A DNA stretch of 64,000 nt, taken from positions 114,080,001 to 114,144,000 of the forward strand of contig OX597817.1 of assembly GCA_951406725.2 (NCBI GenBank), given 5' to 3'. Source of the stretch: Octopus vulgaris (Eukaryota). Below are positions 12,560 to 25,090 of the stretch, one piece after another (the first letter of the stretch is position 1; each line of letters starts with the position of its first letter). A model generated the notes under the pieces. It was not told the origin of the DNA, did not search any database, and saw only the letters and a list, made by a program, of their open reading frames with translations. The position numbers were made by a program, and so were the translations under genes.

Positions 12560-12956
12560 AATAGAATCGTGGCTGTGTGGTTAAGAAGCTCACTTTGTAA
12601 TCATGTGCTTTTAGGTTCAGTCTCACTGTGTGGCACTCTGAACAAGTGTCTTCTACTATTACCTTGGACTGACCAATGCCTTGTGAGTGAATTTGGTAGA
12701 TGGAAACCATGGATTTCCATTGCATATGTATACATGTGTGTGTGTGTCTTTGTATTTGCGTTTGTTTTCTCTTACTGCTTGGCAACTGGTGTTGGTTTGT
12801 TTATGTCCCTATAAACTAGTGGTTCAGCAAAAGAGACTGATAGAGTAAGTACCAAGCTTAAATGTAAATACTGGAGTCAATTTATTCACCAAAACTCTTC
12901 AAAACAGTGCCCCAGCATGGCCACAATCCAGTGACTGGAACAAGTAAAAGATAAAG
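12560..12956 (+). mobile_element. older SINE family A copy
   Basis: Head, body and tail align to 932-1371 with more divergence. Another decayed copy lies on the minus strand at ~12060-12290. Confidence 0.8.
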
Positions 12957-14399
12957 GATCCTGGAATGATACCTCATTGTGAGAGCAGAGAGAGGAAATC
13001 AGTTAGTGGTGTAGAGAAAAAGGCCCATTTCCTAAACATGTAGGAGAAAGGGCCAATCGAAGGCCTTCTGCCCTGACGTAGAAAAGTGAAACAGGAAAAG
13101 AGGGTGGCATTAAGCAGTAGCAGATGATGCAACATCAGAGGCTTCAGAAGTGAATTGTTTCCATGTGACAACAGGTTGCAACTCTGAGGATAACCAGAGC
13201 AAACGTAAAGGCCAGTGAAATTGCTTTGTCCTCAGTATCACTAGCACCCACCAGGTGCTAATAAAATAAGGTACCATGAAACCAAGGGCTTGCTTCCTCT
13301 AGCACAGGGACAGCTAAAGACTCCAAGTAGCAGTTCTACTCCATAGCCTTGTAGCAATTGAATAAAGATAGATTATAGAAAAGGCTAGTTGTGAACAATA
13401 AAAAGTGAAATAAGGGGAAAAGAAAAAGGATTCTAGAAGCCCTCATGTTAGAGCACCTGTCGATTACAGAGCCTGCTAATTTACTAGTAGTTTATATAAC
13501 CTTGTTAATTGTTAACTTTTTCTTTATATTTAATTTTAATTTGTTTTTTGAAGCATAAAGTCTTGTTTTCATATTTTTTAAACATTTATTCTTGTTTTCC
13601 CATGTTCCGACTCATTTTTGGTTTGGTTACTAATTATATTTCTATAAATATGAAGTAAATGAAATTTAAAAAATGGAATTCTTTTGTTTCCTTTTTGTTG
13701 TTTCCCTCTCTCTTTCTCTTTCCCTCAATCTCACATTTTTATTCTGTCTTCCTCTCTTTCTGTCTCAATAAATATTTGCCACATTCTTTAAGTGTACATG
13801 TGTTGAAAAATTAAAATTCCAATACTTCTGTCAATCAGTCGAAGTTTATTTAATTACTTTTTACTTCTCTTCCTCCCACCCATCTCCCCACCACCAAACA
13901 ATAACAACAAAATCGATAATAATAATAATAATGATAAATAATAATGAATCAGTAGCAAGAACCTGATGGGAATGCAGAATGAGCCTGGAGAATGAGCTGA
14001 AGGAGAGTAAGAGGGATGGTTTGCTGATTGAGGGGGAGATGGGAAATGATTGCACTAAACACTGTGAAAACTGTAAACAGCTAAATATGTACAACTGAGA
14101 GGATGAGAGACTGTGGTCTAGCTAAAGACAGAGATGCTGACAAGCATATTTTGAAAACCCAATTAGCTGAAGTTATTCTGAGTAACAGATGGTGGAGTTG
14201 TAGGCATCCTGTTTCTAACCAGGTGGTGGTTTCTCATTCCTGTATGCATAGGTTGCCCTTATTTGTGGGATAATTTTCTAGCCTCTCTTAATATATTATA
14301 TGCTATTCCCCCCCCCCCCCCTCAGTTCATGTTTATTATATATGTAACTGCCAACATATTTTGTAAACCCTTTTGTGTAACACATTTGTATTTTGAAAG

Positions 14400-14800
14400 C
14401 AGGTACATGCATAGATATGTGGTAAGATCTTTGTTTCACATGGTTTCAGGTTCAGTCCCACTGCATGGTACCTTGGGCAGGTGTCCTCTACTATAGCCTC
14501 AGGCCAACTAAGTCTTGTGAGTGGATTTGGCCGATGGAAACTGAATGAAACTCAGCATATATGTGTGTGTTGTCTCCTTGATGTGATAGTTGTAAATAAG
14601 TGCCAATGTTATATAACTTATGTCCTTTGTTTCCAATCGTCTGTGTAACAAGTCTGGTTGTGGGTAAATAATATCTTATTTGGAAATAGGTGAGAGTTGG
14701 TGACAGGAAAGTCATCTGGCCATTAAAAAAAAACCACCTCAACAAATTCTATCCAATCTATGTGAGCATGGAAAACAGGACATTAAAGTCACAACGATGA
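14400..14800 (+). mobile_element. SINE with family-A head and RTE-like tail
   Basis: The head matches family A up to ggaaactga; the tail ttggaaataggtgagagttggtgacaggaaagtcatctgg...gcatggaaaacaggacattaaa is R-like. Minus-strand tails of this type occur at ~26800-26960 and ~61050-61250. Confidence 0.7.
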
Positions 14801-16861
14801 AAGAAAGCATTTTTATTGATATGATTCTTATATGGCAATATGAATTGGAATTAACATTGTCAAATATTTAGAGAGAAAAAGCTGAGGTGTTGCTTTCATA
14901 TAAATTTATTGAAATATAGGTGAAAGTAGTATCCCTAGTAAATGTGCTACTCTCAGCATGTGCTTCTATGCCAGAGAATTATGGTTGGATGATTGTACTA
15001 CCCCTTGATGATAAGGAATCTGTGGAGTTTTGTGATTGATCTTAGATGATAGTCCTCTTCTGGTGATCCATTCACACATTTGTATTCTGTGTTTATTATT
15101 TTATCCTTTTTTCATTTATTTGTAATGTAAACTGATCCACTTTTTATAAATTGTTATTGTAATGTCCCTTTATAGGTTCTTAAAAAGGGTTATGAAAACT
15201 TTTTAAGAAACATGAGAGTAAAGAAAGATGTGCTTTCTCTTAGTGAAGTTGTTAAAAGGTTGGTGACTGTGGCAAAAGTGTTAGAATGAATGGAACTACT
15301 TCAAGCATGCATCTGTAGATTGGAGAACATCAGTTGGGTGAGGGCTTGTGCCCTTAATAATCAGGGTGATGATGGATATATAGGGTTCTTTGATTGGCCC
15401 TTATTGGAGGTTCTCCTGTATCAGTAGGACTGCATCATAGATGTTTTCACATATTTTGTATACTATGTATATTTCATCTCATTTCTCATTTCTCCCTTTC
15501 TTTTCCTATGTAAATCTACACACAAATTGTAAACTGTCCTTGTAATGTTCCCCATCATCTAATGATCCTGTGCCAAATAAAAGAAATCTTCCTCCTCTTC
15601 ATCATCATAGTCATTAGTGAAGATTTTTGATTGGCAGAATCATTAACATACCAGACAAAATGCTTTGCAATATTTCTTTTAGCTTTCTATGTTCTGAGTT
15701 CAAATCCCACCAAGGTCATCTTTGCCTTTCATCTTTTTCGAGGGGGTGGGGGTGATGAGTTTGATAAAATTGAAAAGTATCAGTCTAGTACTGGGGTTGA
15801 TGTAATCAACTCACCCTACTTCTTAAAATTGCTGGCCTTGTGTCTGAATTTGAAACAATTATTATTTTAACCTTTGTTTCACAAATTCTGCAATTTCACT
15901 AGCAGCTTATACATTCTTTCATTTTAATTTTCTTTTTTTTTTTTTTTGAAGGTAGGTTCATGTTTCCATATTCCTTTTCTATTAACATTTATTTCTATTT
16001 TTCCATGATCCAACTAGTTTTTAGTTTAGTTTCTAATTACATTCCTGTGACTATGAAATTAACAAAATTTAAAACAAAAATGAATGAATATTTTATTCTC
16101 TTCCTTTAATACTCTGTCTTCTCTTTCACTTTTTATTTTCTTTCTCTCTCTCGTAATCATTCTTCACCTTCTCTCATAATCATTCTTCTCTTTATCTTTC
16201 TCCCATTTACATTCATTCCTAACCTTTCTCATTTTATCTTTCTCTCCTCCCTTCCCCTTTCTCTCTCCTTCTCTCCTTCTTCCTTATGTTCCTTCTCCTC
16301 CTCGCTATATTTCTCAGTAAATATTTACCACATTCTTAAGTGAATATGTGTTGAAAATTAAAAATTACAACTCTTCTGTCAATTGGTCGAAGTTTACTTA
16401 ATTGCTTTTTATTCCTTCCCCTGCACATCCCCACTATACAGGAAAAAAAAAAAACAGCGAAATTGATAAAAAAATTTAAATAATGATAATAATGATGATG
16501 ATTTCTTACATTTTGAAAATAAAATGATTTTTAACATATAATGATAGCAAAGACAACAACACCAGCAGCAATAATATGAATAATTACTTCTCACATTGGC
16601 ACAAAGCACTAATGACAATAATTATGATTTCCAACATTTTTTTGTAGATAATGACAACAACAACAACAACAATAATTATTTCTAATTATTTATATGTAAT
16701 GATAACAACAACACCACCAATAATAATAATGATGATGATGATGATTGCAGCTGTTCAATGCAGCTCCACAAGTCAGCAATGCTTAGTCATAATGAATGTG
16801 TACAGAATAGTTTCCCCACTCTCCATACATCTACAGAAGGGCCCAGCTGATGGTACTTCCT

Positions 16862-17092
16862 TGCAGCAAGCTGGCAGAAACGTTAGCACGCCGGGCGAAA
16901 TGCATAGTTGTATTTCGTCTGCCGTTACGTTCTGAGTTCAAATTCCGCCGAGGTCGACTTTGCCTTTCATCCTTTCAGGGTCGATTAAATAAGTACCAGT
17001 TACGCACTGGGGTCAATATAATCTACTTAATCCATTTGTCCGTCCTTGTTTGTCCCCTCTGTGTTTAGCCCCTTGTGGGTAGTAAAGAAATA
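16862..17092 (+). mobile_element. young SINE family M with TSD
   Basis: Near-identical to 10537-10770; flanked by ggtacttcctt(gc) at 16852-16864 and 17093-17105. Confidence 0.93.
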
Positions 17093-17554
17093 GGTACTTC
17101 CTTGCCCATCTATTTTGTAATGGTAATGTGCTTGGTAGCAATGTTAGGTCCCAGGGATTTTTAGTAGTTGTCCATAAGTCCTTAGGCTGAAAGTCCTCTA
17201 ATGCAAACCAGCCAGTTGGTTCACAGTAATGTCCAGGTTTCTGCCCAGAACATTGTTGCTTTTTCTCTAAAACTAGTCTTTTTATAGAATGTTGCTGCTG
17301 TTGAGGGCACTACCTTCAAACTACTTATATTCGTCACATCATTGTTTACACCCACTACTAAACTTGCTCTTTGGGTCCAGGAAGATTATCCACACTGCTA
17401 CCCTGCTGCATGATCCCTAAGACACAGCGGGTAACCTTACATGCAGCAAAAAAATCTTGTCCTCAGTGAAGGCCACCACATCATTGTTTAGTTTCCTTCA
17501 GTTATTGAGCAAATGATTTTGCTTTCAAGCTGACTCCAGGTCACAAACATATAC

Positions 17555-17763
17555 TCTTTTACTTGTTTCAGTCATTTGATTGTGGCCATGCTGAAGCACC
17601 GCCTTTAGTCGAGCATATCGACCCCAGGACTTACTCTTTGTAAGCCTAGTACTTATTCTATCAGTCTCTTTTGCTGAACCACTAAGTTACGGGGATGTAA
17701 ACACACCAGCATCGGTTGTCAAGCGATGTTGGGGTGACAAACACAGACGCACAAACATACACA

Positions 17764-17804
<41 letters not shown>

Positions 17805-17970
17805 TTATATATACATATATACGACAGGCTTCTTTCAGTTTCCATCTACCGAATCCACTCACAAGGCTATAGTAGAAGACATTAGCTCAAGGTGCCATGC
17901 AGTGGGACTGAACCCGGAACCCTGTGGTTGGTAAGCAAGCTACTTACCACACAGCCACTCCTACGCCTAT
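17555..17970 (-). mobile_element. SINE family A
   Basis: Reverse-complement copy with internal (CA)n/(TA)n tract. Confidence 0.9.
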
Positions 17971-17977
17971 GTGTATA

Positions 17978-18530
17978 TCATCATCATCATCATCATTTAA
18001 TGTCTGTTGTCCATGCTAGCATGGGTTGGCCGGTTTGACCAGGGCTGGTAAGCTGAGGGGCTGCACCAGACTCCAGTCTGATTTGGCATGGTTTCTATGA
18101 CTGGGTGCCCTTCCTAATGCCAACCACTTCAAAAGTGTAATGGGTGTTCTTGCATGCCACTGGCATGACACCAGTATCTGCCACAACTACGATTTCACTT
18201 GGCTTGATGGGTCTTCTTCTCAAGCATGACATGTCAAATGTTTCTGTCATTTGTCATTGCCTCTGTGAGGCCCAACACTTGAAAGGTGCTTTTTATGTGC
18301 CACCAGCATGGGTCCTTGTTACATGACTCTGGCATTGGCCACATTGCCTCCATGAGATCCAATGCTTGAATGGTGCTTTTTATATGACACTAGCATGGGT
18401 GCCAGTTATGTGATACTGGCATTGGCCACAACTACAATTTCACTTAGCTTGACAGGTCTTCTCAAGCATGGCAAGACCCATTAAGCCAAGTAAAATTGTA
18501 ATCATGGCTGATGCTGGTGTCACCTACTAT
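17978..18530 (-). mobile_element. RTE-tail repeat (family R) with internal tandem subrepeats
   Basis: (cat)n ttaatgtctgttgtccatgctagcatggg...cccttcctaatgccaacc, then repeated ggtgctttttatgtgccaccagcatggg blocks. Homologous to 36308-37130 and 55135-55710. Confidence 0.8.
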
Positions 18531-18718
18531 AATAATACTCTTGTGCTTTTTTCCGTCACAGCATATGAATGAGAAAGGAAGGGATAATAGATGATTAAGG
18601 AAGGAAGGAAGGGCTGATAGCAAACTGGTAGTGGGATGATGGAAATTCTGTGGGGAAAAAAAAATCAAACAGTGTTTCAACTGAGTATATGTGTGCGTAT
18701 GTAAAAGAAGGTATGTGA

Positions 18719-18750
<32 letters not shown>

Positions 18751-19562
18751 AATGGAAGTGAGATGGTGAACATTCAAAACTGCAAAGAAAAATCAAACAG
18801 CATTTCAACTCTGTATGAGTGTATGTGTGTGCATGTACAAGGGAAATAAGCGAATGTATGTGTGAACCAGTGTTCTTTCAGTAACAAACGATGATCGATA
18901 TCACATCTCAAAAGACAACCACTAGATAACGTTAACAAGTGTATTAATTTGATTTACCAGCCATATTCTATCTGTTTTGTTAAAAATAATTATCACATTC
19001 ACACATACTTACACAAACATATACATATACAAACTCATTAGAGAAATAATTATTGCCTTAGTGTATCAAGAATATAAGACGGCTGCAGTTGAAAGTTATA
19101 TTATGAATACACATCTTAATTTAACAGTTTATACATGTCCTTAATTTATTTATATTTAGAAATTTTACCCAGTGTACTTTCAGTAACTATACATAAACTA
19201 AACAGCATTCTTTCAGTAATTAACTGTGATCGATGTCACATCTCAAAAAATACAACCACCTAGATAACATTGATAACTGTATTAATTTGAATTACCATTC
19301 ATATTCTATCTGTTTTATTAAAAACAATTATTACAATCACACACAACTACACAAACATATACATATACAAATTCGTTAGTGAAAATAATTATTGCCTGAG
19401 TGTATCAAGAATATAAAATTACTGCAGTTGAAAGGTATATTATAAATTTGGTAATAAAAGAATTATTAAACTAAAAACTTGGTTTTGTACCTTATTTATA
19501 TATAAAATACAACAATTAGCCATCATTTTTGATGACATAGAGTCAACTAGTATATATATATA

Positions 19563-19780
19563 TTTCTTTACTACCCACAAGGGGCTAAACATAGAGGGGA
19601 CAAACAAGGACAGACAAAGGGATTAAGTCGATTACACCGACCCAGTGAGAAACTGGTACTTTATTTATTGACCCCGAGAGGATGAAAGGCAAAGTCAACC
19701 TCGGCAGAATTTGAACTCAGAACGAAATACCGCTAAGCATTTCGACCGGCACGCTAACGTGTCTGCCAGATCGCTGCCTT
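19563..19780 (-). mobile_element. SINE family M
   Basis: Reverse complement of 16862-17092, inserted in a (TA)n context. Confidence 0.9.
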
Positions 19781-20516
19781 AATGTATATAATAGTATATA
19801 TATAATCAACAGATGAGGTCCATAAATGCTCAGTATAGAAAACACTTAGTAGCACTCAAATGATTTGAACTTACACTATGAAATCTTTACCAAGGATTTA
19901 GTTTGTGGAGTAAAGTGTTGCTATGAGAGGAATCCATTGAGCTGATATGGAGATAATGATGCAAATAAACAAATAAACCAATACAGTCTTATTTGTTTTT
20001 TTTTGGGATCATTATCTCTGTCTGTCTTTGTCTGTCCTACAATTATTTTATTTATTTTTATATCATGAATTACATAATGTTCACATGTTTCACAAGTGTA
20101 TACTGGTATGCTATGCAGTAATTATTACAAAGATGGTTGCATGATTATCCCATAATGCCAGATCATCAGAAGTAAACATGATTTACTCTGTTGTTAGTTA
20201 CCAATGTCAGTTGGCAGATACGAGCTGATATATTCTATTTTGAGTATGGCCATGTTAGTCTTCAAGAGCAACATATAATTCAGTCTTCTTGGTGGTGGAG
20301 AGGGTTCCTGGAAAGGCCTTTGTGAAGTTTTCCTTCTGAAATCGTCTCACATCATAGGAATAACTCTTTGATCAAATCAATTTGCTCTTTATGTCAATGG
20401 TGAAATTAATGAAGTGTGTGTTTAAGGGAGATGAAAATGTATTTTTTCTCTTTTTCCTTTTCTGACTTGTAATTTTTGTGCTTTTCTTGTCATGGTGGTG
20501 GATGTCGATGGTTGGT

Positions 20517-21072
20517 TACTCTTTACTCTTTTACTTGTTTCAGTCATTTGACTGGGGCCATGCTGGAGCACTGCCTTTAATCGAGCATTTCGACCCCGGG
20601 ACTTATTCTCTGTAAGCCTAGTACTTATTCTATCGGTCTCTTTTGCCAAACCGCCTAAGTGATGGGGACATAAACACACCAGCATCGGTTGTCAAGCAAT
20701 GCTAGGGGGACAAACACACATGCACATATATATATATATATATATATTAAGGTATGTAGAAAAATACAACATGGACAAGAACGTATAACTCTTAGAAGAC
20801 GACACAATAAACACGGACAGGACATTCGAAACCCTCAGTCTTCAGTCAAGAACCGGATCATCGTAGTAATTTCGGCTGATTAAATATATATATATATATA
20901 CATATATACGACGGGCTTCTTTCAGTTTCCATCACCCAAATCCACTCACAAGGCTTTGGTCAGCCCGAGGCTATAGTAGAAGACACTTGCCCAAGGTGCC
21001 ACGCAGTGGGACTGAACCTGGAGCCATGTGGTTGGTAAGCAAGCTACTTACCACACAGCCACTTCTGCGCCT
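20517..21072 (-). mobile_element. SINE family A with a foreign ~135-bp insert in its (TA)n tract
   Basis: Full-length minus copy; 20748-20884 is an unrelated CpG-containing segment flanked by TA runs. Confidence 0.88.
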
Positions 21073-21263
21073 ACTGAACTTTCAGTTACAGGTTGATGAA
21101 CAGTTACTGGTTGATGAACTTTCAGTTACTTTCTATCTTTCAGCTTGGAAGTATCTTTTTAGCTTCTGTTTTTCTTTTTATCTTAATAAAAATGACTTCA
21201 TATAATGACCCCGGAGTTAGAGAGGCCTAAAGTGGAGGTGTATTCGTGTATGTGAATATATAT

Positions 21264-21298
<35 letters not shown>

Positions 21299-21904
21299 TA
21301 TTTTGGTGAATGGTGAACTTTTTGGAAGTGAGAAAGTTTCCTTTGATTGTGATGATGATGGCAACAGAACCATCTTTCCTGAGTTCTGTGGTTGGTCTTT
21401 GCTGTTGTCATTGTTGTACTGGACATTTCTGCCATTGTCCTTGTTTTACTGGTTTTACTGTTTTACTGGTTTTACTGTTGTTTTTGTTGCTGCTGCTTTC
21501 ACTATGAGTGGCAATCTCCTCTCATCTTTTTATATTGCCTCTCATTCTATCCACTTGTTGGCCAGTTATCAAACATGATGTCAGATTGTAATGCCCCCTG
21601 TAGGATAAGAAAACAAATTGATCCGACCAATCCCTTATGGTTGTGGTCAGTTCTACAATAAAGTGAAATGCAAAAGTGAACCAAAATGACACTAAATAAG
21701 CAAACTATTGACATAGGTTTCTATCATTTATGAAGGGAGACAAAACATGACTTGTAAAAACAAGAATAATAGTAATAGGAGTGAGGCATGGTTCCTGTAA
21801 CCCATGTAAGAGAGTAGTAACTTGAAATAGGAGCTGACTTGGATCATGACAACTCATACCAGCATGGAAAATGGGAATGTAATGAATAATCATCATAATA
21901 ATAA

Positions 21905-22120
21905 TAATGGTTTCAAATTTTGGCACAAGGCCAGCAAATTTGGGGCAAGGGCAGGTCAATTGCATCGACTCCAGTGATCAACTGCTACTTATTTTGTCGA
22001 CTCAGAAAAGATGAAAGGCAAAGTCGACCTCAGCGGCAATTGAACTCAGAATGTAAAGATAGGTGAAATGCTGCTAAGTATTTTGCCTGGTGTGCTAATG
22101 CTTCTGGCAGCTCGCTGCCT
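21905..22120 (-). mobile_element. SINE family M
   Basis: atgaaaggcaaagtcgacctc...gaactcagaa...cagctcgctgcc. Further copies or fragments at 15630-15870 (+), and 22238-22375, 29305-29500, 37385-37620 and 41797-41985 (all -). Confidence 0.85.
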
Positions 22121-22136
22121 TAAAATAATAATAATG

Positions 22137-22176
<40 letters not shown>

Positions 22177-23517
22177 CAACGACGACGATGATGATGATGA
22201 TGATGATGATGATAATAATAATAATAATAATAATAATTCTTTCTATAGGATTATTAGGCACTAGGCCTGAAATTTTTGGGGGAGGAAGCTAGTTGATTAC
22301 ATTGACCTTGTGCATGACTGGTACTTATTTCATCAACCCTGAAAGGATGGAAAGCAAAGTGGACCTCGGTGGAATTGTTTCAGTCATTAGACTGTGGCCA
22401 TGCTGGAACACCAACTTGAAGGAACCCAGTATTTATTTTTCAAGTCTAGTATTTATTCTGTCAGTCTCTTTTGCTACACTGCTAAGTTATGTGGATGTAA
22501 AGAAACCAATATCCATTGCCAAGTAGTGTGTGTGGGAGACATTCACAGATACAACGACACACAGACATTAAAATAAGTACTAGGGTTGATTTTTGAGACA
22601 AAACACCTCGAAGCAGTGTCTCACCATGTCTGCAGTCCAATGACTGAAACAAGTAAAAGATAAAGGATCCATCCATCCATCAGTCCGTCCGTCCATCCAT
22701 CCATCCATCCATCCATCCATCTGTCAGTCCGTCCGTCCGTCCATCTGTCCATCTATCTAGTCATTCATTCATCCATCCATCTGATGGGCTTTGAAAATTT
22801 CTATCTCCCAAATTCACTCACAAGGACTTCTTCATGAAAAGAGGATTTGTGTTGTTAATAAAACTGGGTGAATGGTATCTACTTTTGATAAATGAAATAA
22901 TATTCAAAAATAGATAGAATTCTTATGAAGATAGATTGGGTCATGTTTAAAAGATGTTTATATTTTGCCAAGTAGCAAAGAAAGAGAGAGAAAGAGAGCG
23001 CAATGGTTTGAATGACCCAAGTGAAATTCTCATCATCATTATAATATATAAATGTTGTCTTTTGATATTGGAATCAATAGACTGTTGGGCGACAACAGAC
23101 TTAATAACACCATTATGATACAGTTGGCAGTGTATCAGTTCTTGTAGCGAAAATGTGCTGGCATTGAGCCTCTGCTAACAAGTGTCTGGTTTAGCAATTA
23201 CAAATGAAGATGTGATGGAGGGAATCTTTATCACTTTTGGCTTCATGTCACTGGATTTTTGGTTCTTTTTTCTCCCTGTCCTTACTTCTTCCTTCTCTGT
23301 CTGTCTGTCTGTCAGTCTATCTCTGACTGGAACAATATGGCTACATCTCCTCACAGAAAAATTTATAGTTCAGCTTTCTTGGATTTTCAGTTACATGGAT
23401 ATGTTACTTTACACTACACAGTAATTGATTACTATTGCAAAGTGATAGCCGATACTGAAGGGGGAGCTTTACTGTGAAAGCTGCATAATTCTCTGGATCC
23501 ATATTTTCTACTACTCT

Positions 23518-23567
<50 letters not shown>

Positions 23568-23842
23568 AATACATATTTTGTAAACAAGCTCATAAGTGCT
23601 GAGTGAGTTGGTATTCTACAGAAAATAAAGGAATAAAGGATGGCTGTGAAGACAGCTAAGAAAAATCAGGCAAAATACCCTCTAGAAGATGAAGAAAAGT
23701 GATCAGCAAGCCTCTTCAGAAAATCAAGCCCTGTACCTTTCAAATTCCAGTTGAGTGTTCTGTACTGTTAAGCTAAGAGACCCCAGGGTCTCTTAGCTTA
23801 ATGGTACAGAACACTCAGAACAAGAATTCCTTTATTTTCTGT

Positions 23843-23891
<49 letters not shown>

Positions 23892-23896
23892 TACTC

Positions 23897-23936
<40 letters not shown>

Positions 23937-24884
23937 ACACACACACACACACACATAAATAGTTAACTGTTAAATTTTTTCAATGTAAAGTGATATGAAA
24001 CATTACAAGCACCGACATAACAGAAAGAGAATCAGACTCACTGATCCAAACCATGTATTTATCTAACTGAATGCTTTACCATTTGCATGACATAGATCCT
24101 AAAAATCCATTATCTCAAATTAGGTACTTAAATCTAGTTTTTTTTTGTTCTGCTTTTTGTTTTTAACTATGAAATGTTTATCTCTCAAAGATAATTAGTT
24201 GATTACATTGCATATCAGGAAAGGTTAATATATTAATATTATATATCATATAAACTAATGTTGAACATAACAAAGTGCTTCACATGTGTGTGTGTGTGTG
24301 TGTGTGTCCCCTTGCCCATTTATCTATCTATCTATCTATATATCTATCTTGCGCAGTTAGGTGTAAGTCCCTATATTTAGCAGTATAGGAGAGTAGCAAC
24401 TATGAATAAGAACTGACATGGATATATGTGATCTGTCCAGCTCTTGCTAACATAAAAAATATATGCAAAAATGGTTATGATGATGGCAACAACTATGATG
24501 CTGATGAGATTGGTGATGATTGTGATGATGATGCTTATGACCAACACTGGTATTAGTTGTTTATAACTCTATGTGTAACACCTTGTTGAAGTATAATTAA
24601 AGATATTGCAGGTGTATGAGATATTGTATCTAAACTACATCAGTTAACATGTCCTTTTTTTTTTGCGGAGACTGTTGAGCGTGATTAAAAAAAAAAATTT
24701 GGGTATTTTTTCTAGGTGGCTTGAGTGACCAAAAAGTGGTTTTGTTTGGCTTGACTGTTGATGGTCATTGGTAAAAATTGTTCAGAAGTTGATTGTAATG
24801 ATATAACCATGGAATGAAAATGGTGTCTTCTCTGCATTGAGAGGTCACAGTTTTAGTTACTATTGACATGATTAGAATGTCATG

Positions 24885-25090
24885 AGAAAGAATTGTAATA
24901 CAGGTGACCATGTGGTAAACCAAGAATGATGTGGTTGGATAATATCTGTAGTCTTAGTTGGTCATGCTTAGGAATCCAGCTGGAAATTGTAATGATGGCT
25001 GCTTCTGATAGGACCCCATGGTAGACATGCTTGAGGACTTTACTCCAATAATCCTCCCAGGAACTGTGAGCAGAGATGGATGGATGTTTA
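24885..25090 (+). mobile_element. decayed non-LTR retrotransposon (RTE-like) ORF2 C-terminus
   Basis: The plus frame reads R*PCGKPRMMWLDNICSLSWSCLGIQLEIVMMAASDRTPW*TCLRTL, a CpG-decayed RPRGRPRxxWxD...DRxxWR motif. Confidence 0.7.
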
